DNA from: Octopus sinensis
Taxonomy: Eukaryota
Direction: 5' to 3'
Assembly (NCBI RefSeq): GCF_006345805.1
Contig: NC_043022.1
Location: 20,460,001-20,524,000, forward strand
DNA: 64,000 bases
A program made the translations under genes and the position numbers. Below the pieces are notes generated by a model that worked only from the letters and a program-made list of their open reading frames with translations, did not search any database and was not told where the DNA came from. This document shows positions 1 through 11,982 of this stretch, one piece after another (positions within the stretch are counted from its first letter, which is position 1; every line of letters begins with the position of its first letter).

Positions 1-199
1 TTTCAGTCATTTGACTGTGGCCATGCTGGAGCACCGCCTTTAATCGAGCAACTCGACCCCGGGACTTATTCTTTTGTAAGCCCAGTACTAATTTTATCGG
101 ACTATTTTGCCGAACCGCTAAGTAACGGGGACATAAACACACCAGCATCGGTTGTCAAGCAATGCTAGGGGGACAAACACAGATACACAAACACACACA

Positions 200-244
<45 letters not shown>

Positions 245-405
245 GACGGGCTTCTTTCAGTTTCCGTCTACCAAATCCACTCACAAGGCTTTGGTCGGCC
301 CGAGGCAATAGTAGAAGACACTTACCTAAGGTACCATGCAGTAGGACTGAACCCGGAACCATGTGGTTGGTAAACAAGCTACTTACCACACAGCCACTCC
401 TGCGC
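1..405 (-). mobile_element. SINE family A (tRNA-derived head, internal (TA)n(TG)n, AAAGAGT-type tail)
   Basis: Near-identical to copies at 19681, 33090, 39166 and others; head gcaggagtggctgtgtggtaag...ggttcagtcc. Confidence 0.85.
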
Positions 406-452
406 TTTTCTTCTTTTTATTTTTGTTGCTTTCATTTTATTGGTTTTTCTAG

Positions 453-524
453 TTCCAGAAAAGTGAATCTGATTTGAATCATATCGAGAGAAAACTGGAA
501 TTTCAGTTCCAAGATGGATTTTCT
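453..524 (+). CDS. SKA2: SKA2 exon a
   Basis: ttttctag|FQKSESDLNHIERKLEFQFQDGFS|gtaggt, phase 0. Confidence 0.88.
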
Positions 525-1094
525 GTAGGTATACAGTTTTCCTTATTGGTTTATTCTATTTTTGTTTCATTTCCTAAATGCAAGAAGAGACCTTACCTCT
601 TCTCTCATATATATATATATATATTGCAAAGATAATCTGGTACTTGACTGAGGAAAGAAAACTTTGAATGACCTGTCCTTGGTCTTTGTATCGTCTATCT
701 GGATGTTTTGTATCACCTAACTGTCCAGATGTTTTGCGTTCTTGTCCCATTTTGTATTTTATATATCTGAGAGACCCCCTTCGGTCATGACACTGACCAT
801 GGGATTGCACCTCCCAGGCATAAGTCTGGGCAAGGTTGTTTATGGAAGACCAGCAGTCGCCCACGCATACCAGCCTCCCCTCTCTACACCACCAGTGTTA
901 TCCAAGGGAAAGACAAAGGGGCCGATACAGCTTGGCACCTGTGACGTCGCAACTCATTTCTACAGTTGAGTGAACTGGAGCAACGTGAAATAAAGTGTCT
1001 TGCTCAAGAACACAACACGCAGCCCGGTCTGGGATTCGAGCTCACAACCTCAAGATCGTAAGCTCGACGCTCTAACCACTGAGCCATGCGCCTT

Positions 1095-1134
<40 letters not shown>

Positions 1135-1194
1135 TATATGTTGTGGTGTGTGTGTGTGGTGTGTATGTGTGGTGTGGTGTTGTGTGTGTGTATG

Positions 1195-1231
<37 letters not shown>

Positions 1232-1364
1232 ATATATGTGTGTGTGTGTGTATATATGTGTGTGTGTGTGTATATATGTGTGTGTGTGTATATATGTGTG
1301 TGTGTGTATATATGTGTGTGTGTGTGTATATATGTGTGTATATGTGTGTGTGTATATATATATG

Positions 1365-1399
<35 letters not shown>

Positions 1400-1426
1400 A
1401 TATATATATGTGTGTGTGTATATATA

Positions 1427-1457
<31 letters not shown>

Positions 1458-1504
1458 ATATGTGTGTGTGTATATATGTGTGTGTGTGTGTGTGTATATA
1501 TGTG

Positions 1505-1539
<35 letters not shown>

Positions 1540-4500
1540 ATATATGTGTGTGTGTATATATATGTGTGTGTGTGTATATATATATATATATAATATATAT
1601 ATATATATAGCGGCGTACGTACACTTTGGTTTCTTATATATATATATATATAGTTCAAATGTACAAAAAATCAGAATATAGACACAGAGGAGGAAACAAC
1701 ACGCAAGATGTATTAGTTTGACACTCAGGAAAAAATGAAAGTCTTTAATGTTTTGAGCCTATGCTCTTCAACAGAAAGGAATGCAGAAAGAAAGCAGAGA
1801 GAAGAGAGAGAGAAAGAAAATGTGTACACATATGTGTGTATCATCATCATCATTTACTGTGTTCCTTGCTGGTGTAGGTTGGACAGTTTGACTACTCTTG
1901 GCATATACACCATCATCATCATTTAACGTCTGCTTTCCATGCTGACAAACAGACACTGCTTGTATGACAGTGATGCTCATCTACAGCTATCACACATTGT
2001 TAAGACAAGATAACATTAAAACCATACATGTTCATATATATGTATGACAGGATATTTTCAGTTTCCATCTATCCAATACACACACAAGACTTTAGTTGGC
2101 CCAGGGCTATATTAGAAGATACTTGCACAAGGTGTCACAATAGGACCGAACCTGAAACCAGGTGCTTGGGAAGCAAACTTTTTAACAACACAGTATATAT
2201 AAAAAATTGTCTTTCATTTATCTGTTTATTTAATTTTTTCTTTCTTTTAATTACAGAAGGAAGAAAACCCAGTCAGATTAATGAAGAAAGTGGCTGCAAT
2301 TAAAAAAGAATTTCTTGAAGTTGTTGAAGAAACCAAAAAGTTACAAGATGCCCAGAAGGTTTCTTTCATTTTTGTTTTTAAAGATTTAAGTCAAAGGTCG
2401 TATTTATCCCCACATAAACATGGTTGTTCTGTTAGAACAAATTATACTGCAGTAGTTATCATGAGAGAAGCTCTCATGTTGGCTTTTGGTGCAAAATGTA
2501 CTCTAATATATATATCACCTACTGGGAAATAAATCCCTGCTACCTCCAGCACAGAGACTATCAGATCACATGATTTCGACCTTGTTTGGTCTTGTCAATG
2601 ATAGATGCATGACTGCTAGAGGCTGCGGCAAGTCATCTCCCCACCAGCGATATATAGACTGAGAGTGCCAAAACAGGCACCAGTGTCCATCCTTGATAAG
2701 ACCAAACAAGATTAAAATCATGTGATCTGGTCGGAAATTAATCTCCCCATTAGTGATATAAACAAGACTGTATTTTGCATCAAAAGCCAATATGAGAGGT
2801 TCTCTTATGATATCTAATGCAGTATGGCTTGTTCTAACAGAACATCCACAATTAAGTGGAGATAGATATTACATCACGGTATTAATATTGCCTTTGTTGC
2901 TTATATATATATATTTTAAATAAGCTCACTGGCTAATTGTGTCACCAGCACCCATTTTGGCACTGGAACAGAGGAATAATTACTATTTATGTTTACTATT
3001 TACTTTGTAAATTAATTAAAATATGTTTTTCTTCTTAAAACAATCCCCTAATCTGGTTCTATATTTAAGAGACAAGGAATTATGTACATTATTTACATTT
3101 GATAGATATTTGTCCTCATCTTTGTTAACACAACGTTTCGGCTGATATACCCTCCAGCCTTCATCAGGTGTCTTGGGGAAATTTTGAACTTGGGTTCTCA
3201 TTCCTAAGATATTTTTTTTATGTTATTATTATTGAGGCCACTGCCTGGAATCGAACTTGGAATCTTGGGGTTAGTAGCCTGCGCTCTTAACCACTATACT
3301 CGTGGACTACAAACCACAATATTCCGAGTTTGATTCCAAGCAGTGACTTGAACAATAATAATAATAATAACAACATAAAAAAAAATACCTTAGGAATGAG
3401 AACCCATGTTCAAAATTTCCCCCAAGACACCAGATGAAGGCTGGAGGGTATATCAGCCGAAACATGTCAACAACAAACAAGATGACAAATATCCGTCAAA
3501 CGTAATTAATATAAATAATCCCCTAATCTGTTGATTATTTCAGGAGATTACCGATAACTTCCGTGAACAGTTGTCTGTTTTGATGCAGCTTAGGGAACAT
3601 ATAGACTGCAAGATCAACAATCCAGTAAGTAATAAAAGAAGGTTTCTGTATTCTATTTTATCTTATCTTATTAACAAATCTTCATTGGATCGACATCAAC
3701 CCTTCAGTATTTATACCAGCCTTATCCAGCCCAAATATTCTACCTGTTTTGTGTTCAAACTGGTTAGAATTGATCTCTCACCCTTACCTGATAATGTCAT
3801 TCTAAAGATAAACAGTCACATCATCAAAATCTTGAAGCTACGAGATAACGCATGATTAATTCAAGACACTGTGAATAAATAAGCATTACTTTTGACAGAG
3901 TAATCTGAATGCTAAAGGATTAAGAATCACATTTAACCAGCCATATCTGGCTCAAATATTCTACCTGTCGTTTAATCCGACCAGCCAAATCCAACCTCTC
4001 ACACCTACCCTATAATGTCGTTCTAAAAATAATCACATCATCAAAATTTTGAAGCTACCGTCCGAACATGGCAGATGCCAGTGCCGCCTGACTGGCGTCC
4101 GTGTCGGTGACGCGTAAAAGCACCAACCGATTGTGACCGTTTGCCAGCCTCCTCTGGTCCCTGTGCCGGTGGCACGTAAAAAAACACCCACTATATTCAT
4201 GGAGTGGTTGGCGTTAGGAAGGGCATCCAGCTGTAGAAACACTGCCAAACCAGACTGGAGCCTGGTGCAGCCTCCATGGCTTACTGGACCCTGGTCGAAC
4301 CGTCCAACCCATGCTAGCATGGAAAACAAACGTTAAATGATGATGATGATGAAGATAATGCATGATTAATTTAAAACAATGTGAATAAATAAGCTTTATA
4401 TTTCACATAGTATGCAATTTTTCTACCTCACTTTTCAAGCCTTGGCGATCCAAGTCATTGGACAGATTCCTAAGACTATATTGTACAATGTATTCATCTT

Positions 4501-7500
4501 TAAACTTTTGACATTTAAACTGTCATATCAGGCCCAAATATTCTGCCAAATTGGCCTCTCACACCTACCCTTCAATGTCATTCCAAAAATATCGCACCTT
4601 TGAAATCTCAAAGCTACAAAATATGCAGAATTAATTGAAAATGATGTGGACAAATAAACTAACCAGAATGTTGAAGGACTAACCCTTTCGTTACTGTATT
4701 TATTTGTGATGCTCTGTATTTCTTTCAATTATTTTAAATATAACAAAGAATTTAGTAAAATAACTTAGTTATTATTAAGTTAGTGTTAGGAACATAAATT
4801 GTGACTAAGGTTTGGTGGAAGATTTTAATTCCAAACTTATGAAAATAAGACATTTGTACTTCAGAGCCAGAGGCGGTTTCAGCTGGGTTGGTAACAAAAG
4901 GGTTAAGAAAAAAAGACAGTGATAGTTACTCTGCTTTGGGTGACGTTTTCAAGAAGTTACAGTTTGCCTTGGCCCGAGATATTTGGCACATTGCTCTACT
5001 CAAGAAAACCTGTCCTCTACGGCAGATGTATTAATGTCACTCACCCTGATGAAGAGGATTGTCCAGCAAGAACCCTGTGCCGCTGCCACATAAAAAAGCA
5101 CTCGTGTTGATGCCATGTAAATTGCAGTCATGCACAAAAAGCACCCAGCACATTACATAAAATGGTTAGCATTAGGAAGGGCATCCAACCATAGAAACCA
5201 AGCCAATTCAGACTGGAATCTCGTACAGCTCTTCTGCAATCCAGCTCTGATCAAATCGTCCAACCCATGCCTGCATGGAAAATGGACATTAACCCTTTCG
5301 TTACTGTATTTCTGTTGAGATGCTCTGTGTTCTTTAAATATAACAAAGAATTTAGTGAAATAACTTAGTTATCATTCAACTGGTGTTAGGAACATAAATT
5401 GTGACTAAGGTTTGGTAGAAGATATTAATTCAAAATTTATGAAAACAAGACATTTGTTACGATATTTCTGTTGAGATGCTCTGTGTTTCTTTCAATTAAT
5501 TTTAAATATAACAAAGAATTTAGTAAAATAACTTAGTTATCATTAAGCTAGTGTTAGGAACATAAATTGTGACTAAGGTTTGGTAGAAGATATTAATTCA
5601 AAATTTATGAAAACAAGACAATTGTACTACAGAGCCAGAGCTGGTTTCAGCCAGTAACAAAAGAGTTAAAGGATGATGATCATGAATAAATCTTTGTTTT
5701 CTTTCTTTATGTAATTTGTTTCATTTTTCTTTTTATATCCTGCCATGTTACATTTTCAGAAGAGAGAGCCATCTGTTGAAGTTCAGGCTTTTGAACAACT
5801 TCTTGGTTTACCAATTTGTGCCGAAATCACTAAATCTGAACCGAACCCTGTCAACACCATCGAGGAATCTCCACCAGACTGCGAAACTGAAGTGAAACCA
5901 GTCAAGAAACCTAAGAAAAACCCACCAATGCCTGCTACTACGGAAGTAGATATGAAAGAGTTCCTTTCAGGTTTGGCTTTGCACATTCATTTATTTTTTT
6001 CCTCTTTCATTAACAAGTTCTGGTGCTGGTTCCACATAAAAGTGTCATGTAACAGCACCCACACCGGTGGCACGTAAAGGCCCTTATGCTGGTGTCACAT
6101 TAACAGCACCCAGTACACTCTGTAAAGCAGTTGGCATTAGAAAGAGCATCCAGCTGTAGAGACCAAGGCAAAACAGACAAAATTGAGCCTGGACAGCTCT
6201 CTAGCTGGCCGACCCCTGTCAAATGGTCCAGCCCATGCCAGCATGGGAAATGAACATTAAATGATGATCATCATCATTGTCATGAGACTTGGTGGCTATG
6301 AGTAGTGGTCGACTAAATTTCAATCCTGTATTTCTGTTGTGTCACAGGCCAGGGCAAAGACGAGCTCGATGTCCACATTAACCAGCCACATATTGCATTC
6401 TGTCACCTTCAAAGCTAAATTTGGTCAACTTAACCCTTCCCCTGGCCTCGTACCCAGACTCCACACCTGCTGGCCTCATGCACGGACACTACACCTGCTG
6501 GCCTCATGCCCGGACTTCACACCTGTTGGCTTCATATCCAGACTCTACACCTGCTGACCTTGTGCTCAGATTTCACACCTGCTGGCCTCATGCCTGGACT
6601 CCACACCTACTGTCCTTGTGTCCAGACTCCACACCTAATGTCCTAGTGTCCAAACTCCACACCTGCTGGCCATGTGCCCAGACTCCACACCTGCCTGAAT
6701 ATCACTCCTACCCTAACACAGTAGTAGTATTTAGAGGCTGTAGTATTTGTATCTGATCGGGCCTGTGTTTACTGCCCCTTTATTTTACTTCCTTGACACT
6801 TCTTCCCGTTTACCTATGGAATTGATCTTCAATCATTTGGCTACATCTATACTTACCGAACAAGTGCTTCTTTTGATTAATTACAGGTGTTGAAGAAACT
6901 AATCAATCCCCAGCTTCCAAACGAAAGAACACTGATGAATTTGTTCCTTTGACGGTAGAGGAATTTGAGAAAGTTTCAACTTCAGTTCGAAGACACGTCA
7001 AATTGCGAGACGTGAATGCTGTGAGTATGAATTGTTTATGACAACAGTTTTCCATCTATTTACAGGTGTTTGTCATGGATCATCATCATCATCATCGTTT
7101 AACGTCCGCTTTCCATGCTAGCATGGGTTGGACAATTTTGACTGAAAGCTGGTGAACCAGACAGCTGCACCAGGCTTCAATCTTGATCTGGCAGAGTTTC
7201 TACAGCTGGATGCCCTTCATAACACCAACCACTCTGAGAGTGTAGTAGGTGCTTTTACATGCCACTGGCACAGGGGCCAGTCAGGTGGTACTGGTAACGA
7301 CCTCGCTTGACTGTTTTTCACGTGCCAGTAAGGTGACGCTGGTGACGATCCCGCTCGAATGGTGCCTTTTACGTGCCACCGGAAAGGTATATTTCTTTAA
7401 ACAGTTCTAGACCATGACTGATCTTACAGGAGGACTTGCTTAACCCTTTAGCATTTAAACTGGCCAAAATATCCTACCAGTTTTATGTTCAAACAGGCCA

Positions 7501-7800
7501 GATTTGACTTCTCACTCCTACTCAATGATGTCATTCAAAAAATTAACAATCACATCGTTGAAATCTCAACACTATGAGGTACTACATAATTAATTCAAAA
7601 CAGTGTACTGGTGTCACGTAAAAAGCACCAACTGATCGTGGCAGCTACCAGGAACCCCCCCCCCCCCGGCACCTGTGCTGGTGGCACGTAAAAAGTACCA
7701 TCCGAATGTCTTTAAATAGAAACATCTGTACATAAATTTTTATCCACTTCCTTTATTTTCTTATATATACACCTGTCATTGTCTTTCTGTAAATTCCAAC

Positions 7801-7857
<57 letters not shown>

Positions 7858-10175
7858 CCAGAACTAAGAAGCATTTCTATTGCTCCCTCTAATATAATTC
7901 TGTGTTTTAAAATCCTTCAGTTTCATATTTATTTTTCTTTTTTCATCCAGTGTTACCGTGCGCTTTGGCAACATTTCAAAGTGGAGAAAAACACGTGAGT
8001 TTATTTTAGAAATAATTAATTGATTGTATGATTTATTGATTTTCAAAACATTTTTTTGATATTTTTTAATTATCAAGAAAGCATAATGCTGACAACTTTG
8101 TTATGCCTTTAAGGTTGCTGAGATATGGTTGGCACCAAGTATGGTATGACTGGTGCCAAATAGGGTGTGACCAACGCCAAGCAGTGTGTGGCCAGTGGCA
8201 AGTGGGATGCAGCTTCTACCAAATTGAAAAACACTAAATTTTTTTTTTTAATGTACTAAATACTGAAGAAATATTGTCAAAAAAAAGCAATCTTTATCTC
8301 CAACTTATGGATGTTTTGTTAGAACACACAATACTGCTTTATTTACCTGGAGAAGACCTCTCATATGGACACATTGCTGATAAGAATGGGTAGAGAAATC
8401 TCTAGACTGGATTGACAAATCTGAAGGATTTCTTTAATCCAAGGATAAAACACTAGTCATGTTTACAGATGTAGGTATGAGTCCCATGAGCAGCTTTTAA
8501 CTTTTCTAGCCAATGTTTACTCTAACATTTGTAGCTTTATATGAAGATACATGGCTCAGTGGTTAGAGGGCCAGGCTCACAATCATGAGGTAGTGAGTTT
8601 GATTCCTTGACAGGGCTGTGTGTTGTGTTTTCTTGAGCAAGACCCTTTTTTTTTCACGTTGCTCCAGTTCACTCATCTGTAGAAATGATTTGTGACGTCA
8701 CTGGTGCCAAGCCATATCAGCCTTTCCCTTGAATAACATTGGTAGCAAGGAGAGGAGAGGTTGTTATGCATGGGTGACTGCTGGTCTTCCATAAACAACC
8801 TTGTCTGGACTTGTACCTCGGAGGGGAACTTTCTAGGTGCTATCCCATGGTCATTCATGACCAAAGAAGGTCTTTACCATTTATATATATATAGCTTTAA
8901 TCACTCTGAGATTCACTGTTCCAAAAAGCAGAATTCTCACATATTCTCTCAAAGTTTATTAAAATTCTTCTGATGTCAACAAATATTATTGGTTTTCCGG
9001 AAAGTTTGTGCCAATTTGTAGTAGCTTACCTTTTGACTTATTTTAGAACATGGTTGAGTCCATAAAATAGGATTTGACTACACCTCCATTTAGAGCACAG
9101 TTTAAGCTATCTTTTCATGGAAGAAGGTTTATGTTTCTATAACCTGTGTTAATTCTGTAACCCTTTAAAATGGAAGATAAGAAAGTTCATTTTCAGCACT
9201 TGATGCTTTGGGAACCAGACAAAAATTGCTGCAGCTCGGATGGGATGTGTTACCCCACCCTCCATATTCACCAGATATTGCTCCTTCAGATTTCCACTTA
9301 TTCAGGTCTCTGCGGAATAGTCTTAATGGTAAAAATATCAATTCCTTGGATGACGTAAAAAGATAGCTTGATGAATTCTTTGCCATAAAACCATCGTATT
9401 TTCAAGTTAAAGGAAAGATGGAGATGCATTGTGCAACAAAATGGTTCATATTTGGTTGATTAAAAATGAAATGGCAAGTATTTATTGACCTTTTTCTTTC
9501 CTTTAAAAATTGGCAATGAACTTTCCAGACAACCCAATACAATAAATTAATTGTTAATTTTCTCTCTTTTCATCTCTTAACCATGGTGACCACTGTTGCT
9601 GCTATCCATGATTATTATTGATCCTGTTGGTTCAGTCAAGCTCTGTCACCAAAAGACATGTATGATAAGGGAATGCGAACCAGTGGAGCATCAGGTGAAG
9701 CCAAACTGAAGGTAGACAACAAAATATAGTTTTCAATTTGTTTTGCTCTCATTCTTTCTTGTTCAGATAAGTTACCTTAAACCCTTTAATTACTGTATTT
9801 GTTTTGAGATGCTCTGTGTTTCTTTCAATTAATTTTAAATATAACAAAGAATTTAGTAAAATAACTTGGTTATCATTAAACTAGTGTTAGGAACATAAAT
9901 TGTGGAAGATTTTAATTCAAAACTTATGAAAACAACATTTGTTACCATATTTCTGTTGAGATTATACAGAAAAAAAATAGGAAGAGCATCCAGTCATAGA
10001 TATACTTCAATGAGTTGTTTCTGAACCATTCAAGCGCAAAAAAGTAGATCTTTAAAGTATTGACAATAATGGTGATAACAATAACATACAATTAATCTAT
10101 TTTACTTTTCTCTAGATTCTCCGAGCACTCAAGTTGCTGCACCTCTCTGCAAAGGGACATGCCAAACTTCTTTGA
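453..10175 (+). CDS. SKA2: Spindle and kinetochore-associated protein 2, long form; 5'-partial, 8 exons, 259 aa in window
   Basis: Exons 453-524, 2257-2358, 3544-3624, 5760-5970, 6887-7020, 7951-7994, 9636-9711, 10116-10175 join in frame. FQKSESDLNHIERKLEF..ENPVRLMKKVAAIK matches human SKA2 FQKAESDLDYIQYRLEY..KNPVTLLKELSVIK as I recall it. Confidence 0.9.
770..1095 (-). mobile_element. tRNA-derived SINE family F (others at ~8548-8870 +, ~24660-25000 -, ~58810-59010 +)
   Basis: catggctcagtggttagagcg...cacgttgctccagttcactcaactgtagaaatgag...tcatgaccgaagggggtctc. Confidence 0.75.
1104..1650. repeat. Compound (TA)n/(TG)n microsatellite
   Basis: Direct inspection. Confidence 0.95.
2257..2358 (+). 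CDS. SKA2: SKA2 exon b
   Basis: ttacag|KEENPVRLMKKVAAIKKEFLEVVEETKKLQDAQK|gtttct. Confidence 0.88.
3056..3516 (-). mobile_element. tRNA-head / hammerhead-tail element with inverted partial copy (Penelope-type), 14-bp TSD
   Basis: TSD aatcccctaatctg at 3042-3055 and 3517-3530; full unit on - (head ~3230-3297, tail to 3056); inverted partial copy ~3318-3516. Confidence 0.75.
3127..3172 (-). ncRNA. Minimal type I hammerhead-ribozyme-like motif
   Basis: GACAC CUGAUGA A GGCUGG(AGGGUAUA)UCAGCC GAAA C GUU GUGUU: intact core, helix II, helix I GACAC/GUGUU, palindromic AACGUU at helix III. Confidence 0.6.
3544..3624 (+). CDS. SKA2: SKA2 exon c
   Basis: tttcag|EITDNFREQLSVLMQLREHIDCKINNP|gtaagt. Confidence 0.85.
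4679..4906. mobile_element. piggyBac-type MITE, family D; second copy 5289-5669 with internal tandem duplication, partial copy ~9777-9960
   Basis: taaccctttcgttac ... gtaacaaaagggttaa. Confidence 0.72.
5760..5970 (+). CDS. SKA2: SKA2 exon d (Pro/Lys-rich linker)
   Basis: ttttcag|KREPSVEVQAFEQLLGLP...DMKEFLS-G|gtttgg, ends phase 1. Confidence 0.82.
6441..6697. repeat. Diverged 28-bp minisatellite, ~9 units
   Basis: Consensus cccagactccacacctgctggcctcatg. Confidence 0.85.
6887..7020 (+). CDS. SKA2: SKA2 exon e
   Basis: ttacag|VEETNQSPASKRKNTDEFVPLTVEEFEKVSTSVRRHVKLRDVNA|gtgagt. Confidence 0.88.
7951..7994 (+). CDS. SKA2: SKA2 exon f
   Basis: ttttcatccag|CYRALWQHFKVEKN-AC|gtgagt; bridges phase 0 to phase 2. 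Confidence 0.85.
8987..9539 (+). mobile_element. Internally deleted mariner element (3' part repeated at ~20657-20806)
   Basis: TA-bounded TIRs; MEDKKVHFQHLMLWE joined directly to RQKLLQLGWDVLPHPPYSPDIAPSDFHLF (mariner YSPD(L/I)AP-D motif); in-frame stop downstream. Confidence 0.85.
9636..9711 (+). CDS. SKA2: SKA2 exon g
   Basis: ttcag|T-QALSPKDMYDKGMRTSGASGEAKLK|gtagac. Confidence 0.87.
10116..10175 (+). CDS. SKA2: SKA2 terminal coding exon h
   Basis: ttttctctag|ILRALKLLHLSAKGHAKLL-TGA. Confidence 0.87.
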   Translation: MLRALKLLHLSAKGHAKLL

Positions 10176-11013
10176 TTCCTTAACAGTCATAGACAAGCTG
10201 CAGATATAATCTGGAACAAGGAACCACCCAAACCATTAACACAATGAAAACTTGAAAAAGTCTTATCATACACACACCGGATCAGAAACTGGAATTCAAC
10301 ATGGGACCTTAGCTACAAAACCTTGCAAAGCTGGTTCATCTACTTTCTTTTCTTATTATTTAAATTTAATTTCCATTTTAGGGTTGTACATTAACAACTC
10401 TTTAAGACAGTTTCAATAACTTAATTTGTTTTTTTTTTCTCATTAGTCTGTGAAATTTGTCAGTATATTCCGGGTTGGCCCTCAAAGCTTTCACAAATTT
10501 GTCAAATATTTGAAGTTGTCTTGTAAGTCAGTATTTTATTTAGTTGTTTTGGTATTTGTTTTTGCAAATTTGAGTTGTGAATCTACCAATAATATATATA
10601 TGTATATATAAACCAGTTACTCATAGACTTTTTCGTTTGGACATCACACACTCAGATTTATCTAATTCTGCAAGCTCCATTCCCAAAGAGATTGTTGCAA
10701 ACTTTGGGCTTGTATATACCTATACCATTTATAAATTATGACTAAGACTCATATTTGTACTAAAAAAAAAAAAAAGATATCCGCTTCCGTGCTGGGATAT
10801 TTAGTCAAGTGCTTTTTCAATCAATTAAATGTTCTTTTGAACAGAATCTAAGACTCCACAGCTACAAGAATTGAATGGATGACATGAGCGATGATGATGA
10901 TGTATTTGAACAGTAAGCTAAATATTGGGTCGGTGCAATAATCATTGCAGCTTTTATTTCAACAAATTTTATTCAACGAAAACAATAACATGTAACAGAA
11001 ACATCTTTAAATG

Positions 11014-11982
11014 TTTGAAGGCGGCGAGCTGGCAGAAACGTTAGCACGCCGGGCAAAATGCTTAGCGGTATTTCATCTGCCGTTACGTTCTGAGTTCAAA
11101 TTCCGCCGAGGTCGACTTTGCCTTTCATCCTTTCGGGGTCAATAAATCAAGTACCAGTTACGCACTGGGGTCGATGTAATCCCGGTTCGGCCAGGCCCTT
11201 CTTGACGTGGCTGAAGATTGTTTTCTATCGCAACATGCTGAATATCTGACAAGGCATCGGTCTGGGCAGCAGCCATCTATGCTGGATCTCGTATTCTCCC
11301 GCTATCCAAGATCGGTGTCAGACGTATCTGTGTGCGCCCCTCTTGCCAAGAGTGATCATGCGGTCCTGAAGTTTGTCATGCACACAACTTTTTCTACGCC
11401 CACGACTACTTCGCTGCCACGTAGAGTCTTCTCTGCAATTAATCTTGAAATTCTAACCGAGGCTTCCGCGCTTCTGGACTGGCGATCCCTAATGACATTG
11501 TCCTCAGTTGACGAACTATGGTCATCCCTCAAAGCATATGTAATCTGGTTGACTGACCAGGCAGTTCCCGTTGGGCTTCTCAAGAAGAACACAAGCCCTG
11601 GGTGACGAAGAAGGTTAAACGAGAACTACGACTTCACTCCTGCTCCAGAGCGTCGGCTGCGGGGTCATTCCGAAAAGCTCTATCTGCAACGATTTCATCT
11701 CAATCGAAGAAGGGCTTTCTCCATCCGGGTTGCGGATCCGTGGAACAAGCTGCCAGACGAGATGGTGAAGATGCCGACGACCGCTTTGTTCAAAGTCTCC
11801 CTTGACCTCAAGTGGCCTGAACTCTTTACATGAACACCACCCTGTACATAACTCCATGTCCCCCTACATGGCCTTGCTTTTTGCTTTTTGAGCCAAAAAT
11901 TAACCAACTAACTAACTTAATCCCTTTGTCTGTCCTTGTTTGTCCCCTCTGTGTTTAGCCCCTTGTGGGCAATAAAGAAATA
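11014..11982 (+). mobile_element. SINE family B, interrupted by a CR1 fragment; 17-bp TSD
   Basis: ggcggcgagctggcagaaacgttagc...gcctttcatcctttcggggtc...aataaagaaata; TSD agaaacatctttaaatg at 10997-11013 and 11983-11999. Confidence 0.85.
11184..11917 (+). mobile_element. Internally deleted CR1-clade LINE fragment (endonuclease C-terminus fused to ORF2 C-terminus and 3' UTR)
   Basis: LSQHAEYLTRHRSGQQPSMLDLVFS...LAKSDHAVLKF, then RLRGHSEKL...AFSIRVADPWNKLP...FKVSLD-stop (11831-11833); (AACT)n tail; flanked by taatccc. Confidence 0.8.

Noticed and set aside
152-373. Recurrent ~60-85-aa ORFs such as MSSNARG.../MLGGQTQ...
   Set aside because: Incidental ORFs within SINE family A copies
1000-1681. 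Cys/Val- and His/Thr-rich ORFs (also 13867-14121, 45366-45796)
   Set aside because: Dinucleotide microsatellite translations
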